A DNA stretch of 64,000 nucleotides, taken from positions 1 through 64,000 of the forward strand of contig JAKPTJ010000044.1 in the NCBI GenBank assembly GCA_029571025.1, in the 5' to 3' direction. The translations under genes and the position numbers were made by a program. A model generated the notes under the pieces. The model saw only the letters and a list, made by a program, of their open reading frames with translations, searched no databases and was not told where the DNA came from. This DNA is from Deltaproteobacteria bacterium (GTDB lineage Bacteria; Myxococcota_A; Polyangia; Polyangiales; Polyangiaceae). Shown here piece by piece: positions 38,573 to 48,799 of the stretch (the stretch's first letter is position 1; each line of letters starts with the position of its first letter).

Positions 38573-40143
38573 GCTCCCCTCCCACCCACGGAAATACCAC
38601 TCACTTTTAAGGTCGGTAATCCAAAACCCACCGGAACGCCCTGCCCATCCTTGCCACAATAGCCAGCCCCGGTGATATGCTTCAAATCGTTGCCGATCAT
38701 CGCCACCTTCTCGAGAACGTTTGGGCCATTGCCGATGAGGTTCGCATCCTTGATCACATGGGTCAGTTTCCCATCTTCGATGAGCCTTCCGTGTTTCAAA
38801 TAGAAGGTAAAATCCCCGGCACCAATCATCACCTGTCCGTTGGTGAAGATCTCGGCGTAAATCCCCTTTTTGACGGAAGCGATGATCTCCTCCGGGCTTT
38901 CTTTCCCCGCAAGCATATAAGTGTTGCGCATTCGCGGCACCGGTGGATAACAATAGGATTCACGACGTCCCGAGCCTGTACGGGGCGCCTTGAAGTGCTG
39001 CGCTGAAATACGGTCGTGCAAATAGGTGCGTAATACGCCGTTTTCCACCAATACCGTCTCCTCGGTGGGATGCCCTTCATCGTCGATGTTGAGCGAACCA
39101 CGCTGTCGTCCAGTGCCCCCATCCACGATGGTCACACCCTCCGGAGCGATTCTTTTTCCAATCCGGTTCGCATAAATCGAAATCCCCTTGCGATTGAAAT
39201 CCGCTTCCATCCCGTGCCCAATGGCCTCGTGCAAGAGCAGTCCTGGATTTCCTGGCCCAAGGACGACCGGCATGTCTCCCACCGGCGGAGACACGGCTTC
39301 AAAAAGCAACACCGTATTGCGCGCTGCCGTGGTTCCCGTGTCGTCGATATGAGCTGGCGTGAGAAAACGAATCCCATCGCGCTGGGCGAAGGTCCAGTAC
39401 CCCGTCTCAGTTTTTCCCTTGTTTTCTCCTACACAGGACACGGAAAGGACGCCCATGGGCCGCTCGTCGGCGACCAGCAGCCCCTCGGAATTGGCGATCA
39501 GGATGTGGGAGGTCTCATCTTGAAGAGCCACCGTCACCTTGATGATTCGCGTATCATGATTTCGCGCCGCTTTTTCCGCCCGCTGAACGATCGGAAGCTT
39601 GCGGTCGATGCCGACTTCGGTCCACGGCGTTTCCACGGTGTAGCGAGACACGACGATACGAGGCGTGAGGGTTATCGAACGCGGGCTGGAAGGGCCATCG
39701 GCCACCGCGGAAGCCATGTCCGCGGCTTCGAGCAAGGCCCCGGGCGTCAGGTCCTCCGTAAATGAAAATCCGGTCGTATCCCCTTGAATCACGCGAATGC
39801 CCGCGCCAAGACCCACCTCGGAATAGGCCCTATTGACCTCGCCATCTTCCATACCCACCCAATGCGATACCCTGTGCTGCAAAAATATTTCCGAAAAAGA
39901 AGCCCCCCGCGACAACGCCCGGGATAATACCTTGCGTATCAATCCCTCATCGACACCGAAAGCATCAAAATGACTCACGCTCACCGCTCCCGAATCCTTG
40001 CCCGGTTCCTGCAAACTCGGTGACTTGGAAGTCAAACGCTGGATTTCCGTGCGACCACAACCCGCCACGAAAGGCAGCGATACGGTAGCCGCACCGTAGC
40101 CCATGACTTGCAATAAGTCCCTGCGATCCAGAGAAGTGGACAT
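38569..40143 (-). CDS. tldD: TldD-family metalloprotease with Tat-type lipoprotein signal
   Basis: N-terminus MSTSLDRRDLLQVMGYGAATVSLPFVAGCG has a twin-Arg motif (RRDLL), an h-region and lipobox VAGC. HEAIGHGMEADFN is the TldD HExxxH metal site. C-terminal GxC...G core. Confidence 0.85.
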   Translation of the reverse strand: MSTSLDRRDLLQVMGYGAATVSLPFVAGCGRTEIQRLTSKSPSLQEPGKDSGAVSVSHFDAFGVDEGLIRKVLSRALSRGASFSEIFLQHRVSHWVGMEDGEVNRAYSEVGLGAGIRVIQGDTTGFSFTEDLTPGALLEAADMASAVADGPSSPRSITLTPRIVVSRYTVETPWTEVGIDRKLPIVQRAEKAARNHDTRIIKVTVALQDETSHILIANSEGLLVADERPMGVLSVSCVGENKGKTETGYWTFAQRDGIRFLTPAHIDDTGTTAARNTVLLFEAVSPPVGDMPVVLGPGNPGLLLHEAIGHGMEADFNRKGISIYANRIGKRIAPEGVTIVDGGTGRQRGSLNIDDEGHPTEETVLVENGVLRTYLHDRISAQHFKAPRTGSGRRESYCYPPVPRMRNTYMLAGKESPEEIIASVKKGIYAEIFTNGQVMIGAGDFTFYLKHGRLIEDGKLTHVIKDANLIGNGPNVLEKVAMIGNDLKHITGAGYCGKDGQGVPVGFGLPTLKVSGISVGGRGA

Positions 40144-40759
40144 GGATTTGCCTCATTTTCCAAGGGTTTTCCCTGGTCTACCGGAGAACCTTCGAAGACG
40201 CCAACGGAAAAAGTCTCCACCCGTCATCTTGGCCGATCCCGCCGGGACTTCCATGCTTTTTCGAGCATGTGCCCTGCCAACGCAACACCCCCTTGACGCG
40301 TTCCCATGGTGGTTGACTACACCCAAAACGACCGCTGCAGCCCCAAGCGCCCACCACGTCGATACTGCATCATAACGAGTTCACCGCATTGACATACTTC
40401 CTTGTTGAGCCTTTTCGACAGGTTGGATCTCGACCAGGGCGGGCTCGTGTTGCGCCATCACGACTCTGTCGGCGATGCCGAGGTTTTTCCCCGCAGCGGC
40501 GTCGATAGCCGGATACTCCCACGCCACAAGACTCCCGAGCCATGGACGAGCACAGATTCATATTCATCAATTATTTCCATTGCTTACACATTAATCACCC
40601 ATGCCGATGCGTTCAACCTTGCGGAAACGAAAGCCTGTCCCGCTCATTCGCTTTGAAACCGCGTCATCGGGTTGTCTTGCAACCAGATAGTCGCCGGAAC
40701 TCTCCACTCCCGCACAACTCGACCTTGCTCCCATCACCGCATCACTGTATCCTTGGAGA

Positions 40760-42253
40760 ATGAAACGCGCGCTTTGCCTCGCGGCGCTCGTCATTGTCCC
40801 ACCCGCTTGCGCCGCGGACCGCGAGAGCCACGTTTCCGCCGGAGCGACCAATCCTGTGCTCGACGCCAGCATCGACCCGGATGATGTTTCTGATTCCTAT
40901 ATTCCATGGGATGGTTCGCCCGAAGAGCCCACCCCAGTCGATGCTTCCGATGAAATCGGCGGGGATTCATCGATCGACTCGTCTAAGGATGCCGGGGAGG
41001 AAAGCGCCATCGAGCCGTTCATCCCGGCCGAATTGCGGGTGGGGCTGATCCACACCGGACCTTCCCCCCAGACGACACCTGCCACATGGAATGCCCACCT
41101 GCCGAAAATCGTGGGCGACGGCGCATTCTGGTATGCGGTCCATACCCATTATCCCCCCTCCGTAGCGGATCGTTATGCGGCAATCATGAGACGCGAGGCC
41201 GGAAGCGCCCTCCATGCTTGGGTGGAAGTTGCGCGTATCGCTTATCCGCATCAGTCCCCTGGGATCGTGATGGACATATCGCAGCGGCTGCACCTCATCT
41301 TCGATTGTATGCGCCCCGCCACGCAAGATGTGCTCTGTTTTCCAGGAGGAGCGGGGACGACGGGAAGAAACTCGCGATTCTACCACCTGATCTTCTCCAC
41401 GCGGGATGGCAGCGGCGCGCTCCGTTTCGATACCTACAGCAACCATGACGAATGGACCGCGGAGTCCAACGGCTACCAGGGAATCGCAACCACCACCGAC
41501 GGGGTGACAGTATGGGCACTGGCCGACTCTGCCTGGGGACGTGTGGTACAGTGGTGGTACAGCGGTGCGCAATACGGCACCATCGGCACGTTGACAGCCG
41601 CCCCCGCATACCTGCTTTATCCAATCTTGACCGGACACCCGTCCCTCGGTTCTTCACAACTCATCCTTTACGCCGGGGAGTTCGACCCCGCGGGGGGCAA
41701 TAACGCAAGCTACCTCGCTTCCACCGCCTACGTTGGAAATACGTCGTCGCTGAGCCAATTATTCCGTCGTGCGCCAGCGCAACCCGTTCCAGGCATAGTC
41801 AGCGCCTATCCCTCGGACCTCGAACACGACGCGCAGGGCACGTTGTACGCGCTCTCCTATTTACCGAAAAGTGAAAAACAATGCACGGAACTCCTTCGCT
41901 TCGACAGCGAGCTCGCGCAGCCGCCCACGATCGTGCCAGTGGGATGCGTAAGCAACTACGCCAAGCTCAAATTCGCTAGCCATGGAGCGCTATACCTGCT
42001 CGACGCCGGCCCCGGCGCGACTATATCCCTTGGCGTGAGCATGGACCGGGGCGATAGCTGGACATGGCATTCGGTTCCCATCACGGGATTGCCATCCAAC
42101 GGTGATATTCGCTACGTGGGATATACGCCGGTTAAGCCCTACACCTCGCCACTTACGTACGAACCAAATCGATGGGTGGTGTTTTTCTCCGGACTCGATG
42201 AGTCGAACGGATCGGTGCATAGCTACGTCGGCGAGATGGATCTGGCGCCGTAA
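40760..42253 (+). CDS. Secreted hypothetical protein
   Basis: Signal peptide MKRALCLAALVIVPPACAA. Acidic Asp/Ser-rich linker, then a Trp/Tyr/Gly-rich domain (probable beta-propeller or sialidase-like fold, not confirmed). Confidence 0.5.
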   Translation: MKRALCLAALVIVPPACAADRESHVSAGATNPVLDASIDPDDVSDSYIPWDGSPEEPTPVDASDEIGGDSSIDSSKDAGEESAIEPFIPAELRVGLIHTGPSPQTTPATWNAHLPKIVGDGAFWYAVHTHYPPSVADRYAAIMRREAGSALHAWVEVARIAYPHQSPGIVMDISQRLHLIFDCMRPATQDVLCFPGGAGTTGRNSRFYHLIFSTRDGSGALRFDTYSNHDEWTAESNGYQGIATTTDGVTVWALADSAWGRVVQWWYSGAQYGTIGTLTAAPAYLLYPILTGHPSLGSSQLILYAGEFDPAGGNNASYLASTAYVGNTSSLSQLFRRAPAQPVPGIVSAYPSDLEHDAQGTLYALSYLPKSEKQCTELLRFDSELAQPPTIVPVGCVSNYAKLKFASHGALYLLDAGPGATISLGVSMDRGDSWTWHSVPITGLPSNGDIRYVGYTPVKPYTSPLTYEPNRWVVFFSGLDESNGSVHSYVGEMDLAP

Positions 42254-42610
42254 TGCCCGGGCCGCGAACGGAAGCGTCGCGAGATGGCCACCCCCTCGAC
42301 AGCAAGACCGCTGCCAAGCTCCAAAGCGCGAAGATTCATCCCATGATTTCCAAGGCAAGCCGCTCGTTTTTCAACATCCTCCTCAAGGCTCCCCCCAATA
42401 TCCACCGCACTATCGCATAGACTACGATCCATGAAAGCTCGTCTCCCCCGCGCACGAGCAGCCGGGATGTGACAAATCTGTCGTATCTCGCTCATTCCAA
42501 TGTCCTTATCGGGACTGCTTCGCAGACCTCCCTGTCGAAAAACGTCCACCCGCGGTGCCATTATCACAGGACCATAGCAGGAAAGATCGCTGGAACTTAC
42601 CCGCGTTGGC

Positions 42611-45600
42611 CTAGATACCGTACTCAGCGCGCTCGATCAGCTCGAGCTGCATCTGCTTGTTCAGCGTGACGAAATAGGCATTATACCCGGAAATCCGCAC
42701 GAGCAAATTGCGATAGTTCTCCGGATGAACCATCGCGTCGCGAAGGGTATCGGACGTGACTGCGTTGAGCTGCATTTGCATGCCCCCCAGCGAAAAATAG
42801 GACTTCACGTACGCGGCCATCGTGTCGACCGTCCGCTCCCGCGACTCATGGGCCGATGGCACCACCTTCACATTGAAGGCAATATTGTTCGGCATATTGG
42901 CCGGATCCAACCTGGCCACATCACGGATATTGTCCAATAGGTTCGGCGATGCCCCCGGTGTGGGAGTCAGACCTGGCGTAAATGGCTTGCCCGCCAACCG
43001 CCCCGACGGCAAAGCTCCAGCCAGCGTGCCGTAAGATACATGCGTAGACATCGACCAGAACCCAGCCGCATAACGGCCTCCCCGGTAGTTGGTATACCGA
43101 TCATACAGCGACTGCACCATCTTGGTAATGCGGTTGCCCATCGCCACGGCGTCTTCGTTGCCCGAGCCAAAAAGCGCTACTTTGTGGGATACCTGCGCCA
43201 ATAACAGCGGATCGTTGGCGAAATTCGTGTCCACTGCCCGCTTGAGGTCAGCGAATGACACAACTCGTTGCTCGAATACGAGCTTCTGGATCACCAACAT
43301 CGAATCGATGACGTCAACCAGCCCGATGCACGCAGCCCCAGAACTGTTGTACCTGGCTCCCCCATACGTAACATCCTTTCCCGATGCAATGGTGCCCTCG
43401 ATCAGGCTGGACAGCAGTGGCGTCGGACGAAGCTGCTGATGCGCCTTACCCAACATCTCGTTGTACTCGATCGATCGGTCGACCAGAAAAGCCACCTGCT
43501 GCCGGTAAGCCTCGAAAAACTGGTCGAAATTCGCAAAATCGCCAGCCTCGATCGAACCGGTAGATGGTCCCACCTTCCAATCCATCAGCGGATGCCAGCC
43601 GTCGTTCAACGCCATCTCCAGCGCCGCCACCAGACTGAGCATCTGGAAATTGGTATGGCCGATATGCTTTCCCGACAGCGTCGGCTCCACACACCCGGTC
43701 GCCGCCCAATCACGCACGTCACGTACCTCATAGCCATAGCGGCTCAAGGCCTTCCCCACGACCTCGTCGTTATGCAACGACGGAGTCGCCGCCGTGATCA
43801 GATTGACCTCGCAAAGACGCTTCAGGTACGCTTGGCTGTTTTTGCCCAGATGGAATCTAGCGTTCACATTTGGGTCGCGAAGACTAAGGATTTCAGTGAC
43901 TTTCAAGAATATATACGTCATATCGCAGACCGCGTCTTCGCCTTCGGGGGTCACCCCGCCCAGCGTGATCGCTTGATCCGAGGAACTGCCACCAAAGTAG
44001 TAGTTGGCCACGTCGGGAGTCAGCGGCAAGTGGTCCGTGCAGCGCAGCATCAAGTCACCCACCAGTTCAATCGCACGTTTGGTGTAGGCCCGCCGCTGCT
44101 CCAAAGTCTCCAACTTGCCCATATCGGCCTCGAAATATGGCTGCAGCCACTGGTCCAACCGGCCCATCGACAGCCCGGCATTGGTGCTTTCCATATGCAG
44201 CCCCACCCACGTGATCCACACCGAATTCACCGCCTCATCGAGCGTGCGGGCTGGCCCCACGACCACCTGGCTACAGATCTCGGCCAGTCGGCGCAACTCA
44301 GCCGCCCGACTGGGGTCGCTTTCCCGCTCCGCCTCATACGCCGCTTGCGCCGCCAAATGCCGAGAATAGGTGCCCAACCCCTCCAGCGCGAGAATGAATG
44401 CCCGCCGGGTGGTATTACGCTCCTCATCCGAGTCGGCAGCCATCGCTTCCTCGATCTCGGCGATGATGCCGGACGTTCCCAGCCGCAACATCTTGGGGAA
44501 ATCCGGGATCGTGTGTGAGATGGTTGCGGTTTTCCAGTCGAAATAGACCGCAAATCGGTCGTCGATACGCTGGCCCAAAGGCGAACGGTAGTGGTCTCGC
44601 ACCCATTCCTTGAAGTTGCGACGGCTCCAATAGGGGAATACATCCTTATGCAGCAATTCTCGGGTCTCCTCCGAGACACCGTAAGGATTCAGAGGTCGAT
44701 GCGGCACCGTCAGCAGCTCGCCCCAGATCATCGTCCCATGCCCCTCCGGATAGACAACCACACCGGTTTCCTTGGTAGTTGTCGTGCCGGCAATGAGGTC
44801 GTTGGCATGGATGATCGGCCGACGATTCTCCATCACATATTGATAGGCCAGGGCTTTGCGCAGCACCGGGTGCCAGGGCTTGCCCTTCGAATCTCGCTCG
44901 AAACCGTGTTTTCGATGCCATTCGGTCAATAGTTTCGGCAATTCTGGGCATACCTCGGCGTCATGGTCGAGGTGCCGGTTCAAAAACTTAGCTAGCCGCG
45001 GGAAATCCTTCAAACTGAAATCACGCAAGTAGGGGTCCTCGAGATATTTCACACCCGGATCGACTTGCGAAGTCGCAATGCGGTAGTCCGCACGCTCGCG
45101 CATCTGCCGGGCCAGATCAGGATTCGTGGCACCGGCTTGTGTGCGACGATCAGCGTTATCGTTACGAAGATCTTTCGCCAGATTCTTGATTTGCTGGCGG
45201 AAAAGGAGTCGGGAAATCAGATATACGAACAGGTTTAGCGATGATGTATTGCCATCGACGTAAAAGTCGTTGCGCAACGTCATGAGGACCTGCTCGGTTG
45301 GCGTGGCCGTGAGGAATTTCGTAACTTCAGCGTCGGATTTGAATACCAGCACGACATCGACGGCCTCGGGAATGCGGCCCATCGCCTTTGCTTTGCCATC
45401 TCGAAACCGGATTCCGGTGCGCACGGAGCCAGAGCGGGTGCGAATGCCGACCACAAGATCGATCCAACCGTCCTTGATACGCAATTCGTCACGCAACCTG
45501 GGGTGCCAGGTGTAGAGCTTGGCCATGAGACCGAGCAGCCCACGCACGATCAATTGTTGCGGACTGTGGCGCGCCGCATCGCTCACCGCCGGGTCCGGAT

Positions 45601-45718
45601 GAAATGGGCGCATGTCCAGCGGGTCCACCGGGGGCAGCTTCACAGCGGTCGGTTCGGCCATGGTCATGGCATGCTCGGTTCCGGAAGAAGTGGACGAAGA
45701 GGTGTTGGGGAACGTCAT
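42611..45718 (-). CDS. Glycyl radical enzyme (PFL-like superfamily) with Cys-x-Glu active-site loop and about 250-aa N-terminal extension; substrate unknown
   Basis: C-terminal glycyl radical motif VRISGYNAYFV (RVSGY-type). Thiyl loop WAATGCVEPTLSGKH (Cys-Val-Glu as in dehydratase/lyase-type GREs; PFL has Cys-Cys). 1035 aa. The ATG overlaps the activase stop (ATGA). Confidence 0.9.
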   Translation of the reverse strand: MTFPNTSSSTSSGTEHAMTMAEPTAVKLPPVDPLDMRPFHPDPAVSDAARHSPQQLIVRGLLGLMAKLYTWHPRLRDELRIKDGWIDLVVGIRTRSGSVRTGIRFRDGKAKAMGRIPEAVDVVLVFKSDAEVTKFLTATPTEQVLMTLRNDFYVDGNTSSLNLFVYLISRLLFRQQIKNLAKDLRNDNADRRTQAGATNPDLARQMRERADYRIATSQVDPGVKYLEDPYLRDFSLKDFPRLAKFLNRHLDHDAEVCPELPKLLTEWHRKHGFERDSKGKPWHPVLRKALAYQYVMENRRPIIHANDLIAGTTTTKETGVVVYPEGHGTMIWGELLTVPHRPLNPYGVSEETRELLHKDVFPYWSRRNFKEWVRDHYRSPLGQRIDDRFAVYFDWKTATISHTIPDFPKMLRLGTSGIIAEIEEAMAADSDEERNTTRRAFILALEGLGTYSRHLAAQAAYEAERESDPSRAAELRRLAEICSQVVVGPARTLDEAVNSVWITWVGLHMESTNAGLSMGRLDQWLQPYFEADMGKLETLEQRRAYTKRAIELVGDLMLRCTDHLPLTPDVANYYFGGSSSDQAITLGGVTPEGEDAVCDMTYIFLKVTEILSLRDPNVNARFHLGKNSQAYLKRLCEVNLITAATPSLHNDEVVGKALSRYGYEVRDVRDWAATGCVEPTLSGKHIGHTNFQMLSLVAALEMALNDGWHPLMDWKVGPSTGSIEAGDFANFDQFFEAYRQQVAFLVDRSIEYNEMLGKAHQQLRPTPLLSSLIEGTIASGKDVTYGGARYNSSGAACIGLVDVIDSMLVIQKLVFEQRVVSFADLKRAVDTNFANDPLLLAQVSHKVALFGSGNEDAVAMGNRITKMVQSLYDRYTNYRGGRYAAGFWSMSTHVSYGTLAGALPSGRLAGKPFTPGLTPTPGASPNLLDNIRDVARLDPANMPNNIAFNVKVVPSAHESRERTVDTMAAYVKSYFSLGGMQMQLNAVTSDTLRDAMVHPENYRNLLVRISGYNAYFVTLNKQMQLELIERAEYGI

Positions 45719-46647
45719 ATCGCCTCCAGGCCGAGATCAACGAGATGTTGGCGCAGTCGGGCTGCCAGGCCGCGGGGCAGCCATGTCCGCATAATATCTA
45801 ACTCAGTGAATTTGTTAGCAATTCCCAATTGAGGACCCTTGTCTACCCAGGTTGGATTGTAATCCAGCAACCGGACTTGACGAACCCCCACATCGAGCAG
45901 AAATCGGCCGATCGCCGTCAGGTTTTCTTCCGTCGCGGTGATATCCGGGACCAGCGGAATGCGCGGCTGCAGATCGAACGTCCCGGCACGGGATAGCTCC
46001 ACCAACCGCTTGAAATTGGCCAGGATCCGCTCGTTCGGCACCCCGCAATACGCACGGTGGTCCTCGGAATCCATGAGTTTCAGGTCATAATAGATGGCGT
46101 TCAGATGCGGCAGCACCCCTCGTTCGAACGGCTCCCACCGAAAGTATCCGGCAGTCTCTAAAAGGGTGTGTATACCTTCGGCACGACAGGCCGCGGCAAG
46201 TTCCCCAAGCAGCTCCATCGCTAGAGTCGGCTCTCCCCCGGAAAAGGTGACGCCGCCTCCGGAGGCTTCATAAAAGGGCTTATCCGCGCGAAGCTTGGCC
46301 ATCAACTCGGCGACGTTGGCTGGCTTACCCACCTGGCGCAAAGCCCCCGATGGACAGACCGGTACGCAGTCGAAGCATCTGGTGCAGGCCCAACGATTGA
46401 TGCCGACACCAGGCATGATGGCGTCCTCGGGGCAGTGGCCACGACATCGGGTACAGCCGGAAATACAATCCGCAACATTAAATGACAACTCAGCGTTTTG
46501 ACTCAAACTTTCCGGGTTATGACACCATCGGCACGACAGCTTACAGCCCTTGAAAAAAACCACCGAGCGAATGCCCGGACCGTCGTCAAGCGCGTTGCCT
46601 TTCACCTCGAGCAGCAACGGTTCGTGCTTCGTCAGAATGGCCGTCAT
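45715..46647 (-). CDS. Glycyl-radical-enzyme activating enzyme (radical SAM, with two auxiliary ferredoxin-like [4Fe-4S] motifs)
   Basis: CKLSCRWCHNPE is the Cx3Cx2C radical-SAM cluster. CISGCTRCRGHCP and CTRCFDCVPVCP are ferredoxin-type Cys motifs. A glycine-rich SAM motif (SGGEP) is present. Confidence 0.9.
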   Translation of the reverse strand: MTAILTKHEPLLLEVKGNALDDGPGIRSVVFFKGCKLSCRWCHNPESLSQNAELSFNVADCISGCTRCRGHCPEDAIMPGVGINRWACTRCFDCVPVCPSGALRQVGKPANVAELMAKLRADKPFYEASGGGVTFSGGEPTLAMELLGELAAACRAEGIHTLLETAGYFRWEPFERGVLPHLNAIYYDLKLMDSEDHRAYCGVPNERILANFKRLVELSRAGTFDLQPRIPLVPDITATEENLTAIGRFLLDVGVRQVRLLDYNPTWVDKGPQLGIANKFTELDIMRTWLPRGLAARLRQHLVDLGLEAI

Positions 46648-46662
46648 CGCTGCTATCCCTCC

Positions 46663-47343
46663 TCACTGCAGGGTTGGCTGCTCACGCGCAGCGGTGGGGT
46701 TCAGAGCGAGAATCTCATGGACAACGCTATTTTTGATCCGTGTGATCATGCGCTCTTTCAGAGAAGCCGGGTCAGGATGCATGTAGTCGATGAGGTGGTT
46801 GTGGATGCCTGCGATATAACCATGTAACTGCGTCCACAGGCGAACCGTGATGAAGTACAGGTCATCCCTTGCTGGCGGCGTGCCGGTGCAGGCAGCGATG
46901 GTAGTGGCAGTCAGGCGGAGACTGTCGAGCGCCGTCTCGAGTTCGACCCGAGCCGTGTTCTCCATCGCCGTGCCCACGTAGTCGTCATACTTGGGCACAT
47001 GCCAGGTGAACATCAACCCGTATAGGTGTGTATTGTCGAAGGCAAACGTCACGTAGGCATCGATCAGCGCGTCGAGCCGTTCGAATGGGTTGGTATGGGG
47101 TTCGGCCGCTTTGGCAAGAGCCTGACCGAGGCTATGAAAGCCGCGGGTGAGCAGACCGAGGTACAATTCGTCTTGGGAGGCGAAGTAGTTGTAGACCGTT
47201 TTCGCGGCGATGCCCAGGCGAGCGCCGAGTTTGCGCATGGAAAAACCTTGCCAACCTGCCTCCACGAACAAGTTCAATGCCTCGTCCAAGATCTGGTTTC
47301 GCACGGCTTCGACCTCGTTTTCCGAACGACGGCGTCTTGGCAT
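46663..47343 (-). CDS. TetR/AcrR-family transcriptional regulator
   Basis: N-terminal HTH ILDEALNLFVEAGWQGFSMRKLGARLGIAAKTVYNYFASQDEL. 15 nt upstream of the activase gene on the same strand. Confidence 0.85.
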   Translation of the reverse strand: MPRRRRSENEVEAVRNQILDEALNLFVEAGWQGFSMRKLGARLGIAAKTVYNYFASQDELYLGLLTRGFHSLGQALAKAAEPHTNPFERLDALIDAYVTFAFDNTHLYGLMFTWHVPKYDDYVGTAMENTARVELETALDSLRLTATTIAACTGTPPARDDLYFITVRLWTQLHGYIAGIHNHLIDYMHPDPASLKERMITRIKNSVVHEILALNPTAAREQPTLQ

Positions 47344-47857
47344 GGGGGCTCCTTCCGGTGCGGTTCGTGGATGTAATGCTGTTACAATAACACCGTTACC
47401 TTAACGTCGCAACCGACTGATCGGCATGTATTTCGGCTCTGAGCACGATTTTGGGAAGCCCCCTAACGCCGCGACTGTGCAAGCGCCGACTGCACGGGGC
47501 TGCCGCGTCTGCTACAACCCATATTATGCTGAATCGACGAACGTAAGCCGTGCGCGCCTTGGTTCGATGCGTTGGTGATTCGCCATCGCGTGAGCAGGGA
47601 AGCTGGAAGGACGGTTTTCCGCTGGAGGTGAGCGAGTGTTGATCTGATTTATCCGCTACGTGGCCCATCCCCCGCGGAACCACCTCCCCACAACCCATGG
47701 CCCTTCGAATCACCCCGATAGACCAACGTCAATACCACCCAATACACCGCCCTAAGCGTGTATATTGTTGTATTTATTATAGTTTATCAATACCCCGACG
47801 TTCGATGGAAACGACACGGTCACCGGAGCGGATTCTCTTGCTCTCTATTGATCGGAA

Positions 47858-48793
47858 TCAACTTCCGAACGCAATGAGTTCGCTTTTACGAGCTTTGCGG
47901 GAACGTCCGTCCTGGTCCACGATGAGCACTCCTTTGGCATCGATACTCTGCACCCGGTACAACTCCCACACCGACCCTTTTCTCGGACGAGCCAGAACCA
48001 TTTGCCCCGGTTGCACATCCTGCGGCTTTTTCGGTTTCGGCGTGACCTCACGCGCTTCCCGGATCGAAAGCGGTGACTTATCGTCCCACGAAACATGCAC
48101 GTTCGTGGGCGTGATGCGGCGAATCCTTCCTCCACGCCAGGAGCCGTCTTCGTGTCTTGCCACCACTTCATCGCCTGGTTTTGGCTCCCATCCCGGCGGT
48201 TGATACGGTCGTGTTTGCTGGTTCATGGCCGCGAAAAAATCTCTATGTTCGGACAATTCCTTGTGTTTTTGACCGATCCGCCGCCGCGTCTCCTCCCGTA
48301 GCCCCACCACATCGCCCTCCGCTAGGTCATACGTCTTGCCCTGCGCATCTTCCACCTCTACCCGTCCCGAAGCGACCTGCTTGATGAGACAGCCCACCCA
48401 GGTATCCGGGGCAGTTTTGCACGCCGCAAAATCGTTGATGGTTACCGCGGCCGCACGAGAACCCAGCCCATACACCCGGTCGTCGGAAACCCTGATCTTC
48501 GTTTTTCGGCCGCCATATTCCACCGTGATCGGGTCGCCGTCCTTGACCACACGGCCTTGCACAAACTGCCCATCTTCTTTTTCCACCAACACATTCTCGC
48601 CCATTGACGGTCTCGAAGGTTGTTGCACCGGAGCAGGCGCCGACACCGTCGACGACGCCGAGGCTACCCCTTGGTCGGATGGTTCACGATGGGAGCACCC
48701 CATCGAAGGAAGGAATGCCCAACCTAGCAAGAAACCAACCGCGAAACGCCACGCCATGGGCGCCGACGATAGTGCAGGTTGCCCCAGAGGCAA
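47858..48793 (-). CDS. Lipoprotein with three Tudor/SH3-like beta-barrel repeats (hypothetical)
   Basis: Signal + lipobox (FLPSMGCSH). Three repeats of about 60 aa, each with the G(D/Q)xVxAR...W pattern (GDEVVARHEDGSWRGGRIRRI; GQMVLARPRKGSVWELYRVQSI). Confidence 0.5.
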   Translation of the reverse strand: MPLGQPALSSAPMAWRFAVGFLLGWAFLPSMGCSHREPSDQGVASASSTVSAPAPVQQPSRPSMGENVLVEKEDGQFVQGRVVKDGDPITVEYGGRKTKIRVSDDRVYGLGSRAAAVTINDFAACKTAPDTWVGCLIKQVASGRVEVEDAQGKTYDLAEGDVVGLREETRRRIGQKHKELSEHRDFFAAMNQQTRPYQPPGWEPKPGDEVVARHEDGSWRGGRIRRITPTNVHVSWDDKSPLSIREAREVTPKPKKPQDVQPGQMVLARPRKGSVWELYRVQSIDAKGVLIVDQDGRSRKARKSELIAFGS

Positions 48794-48799
48794 GGACCG

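Noticed and set aside
43268-44518. 416-aa + ORF inside the GRE gene
   Set aside because: Antisense to the glycyl radical enzyme. Arg/His/Gln-rich.
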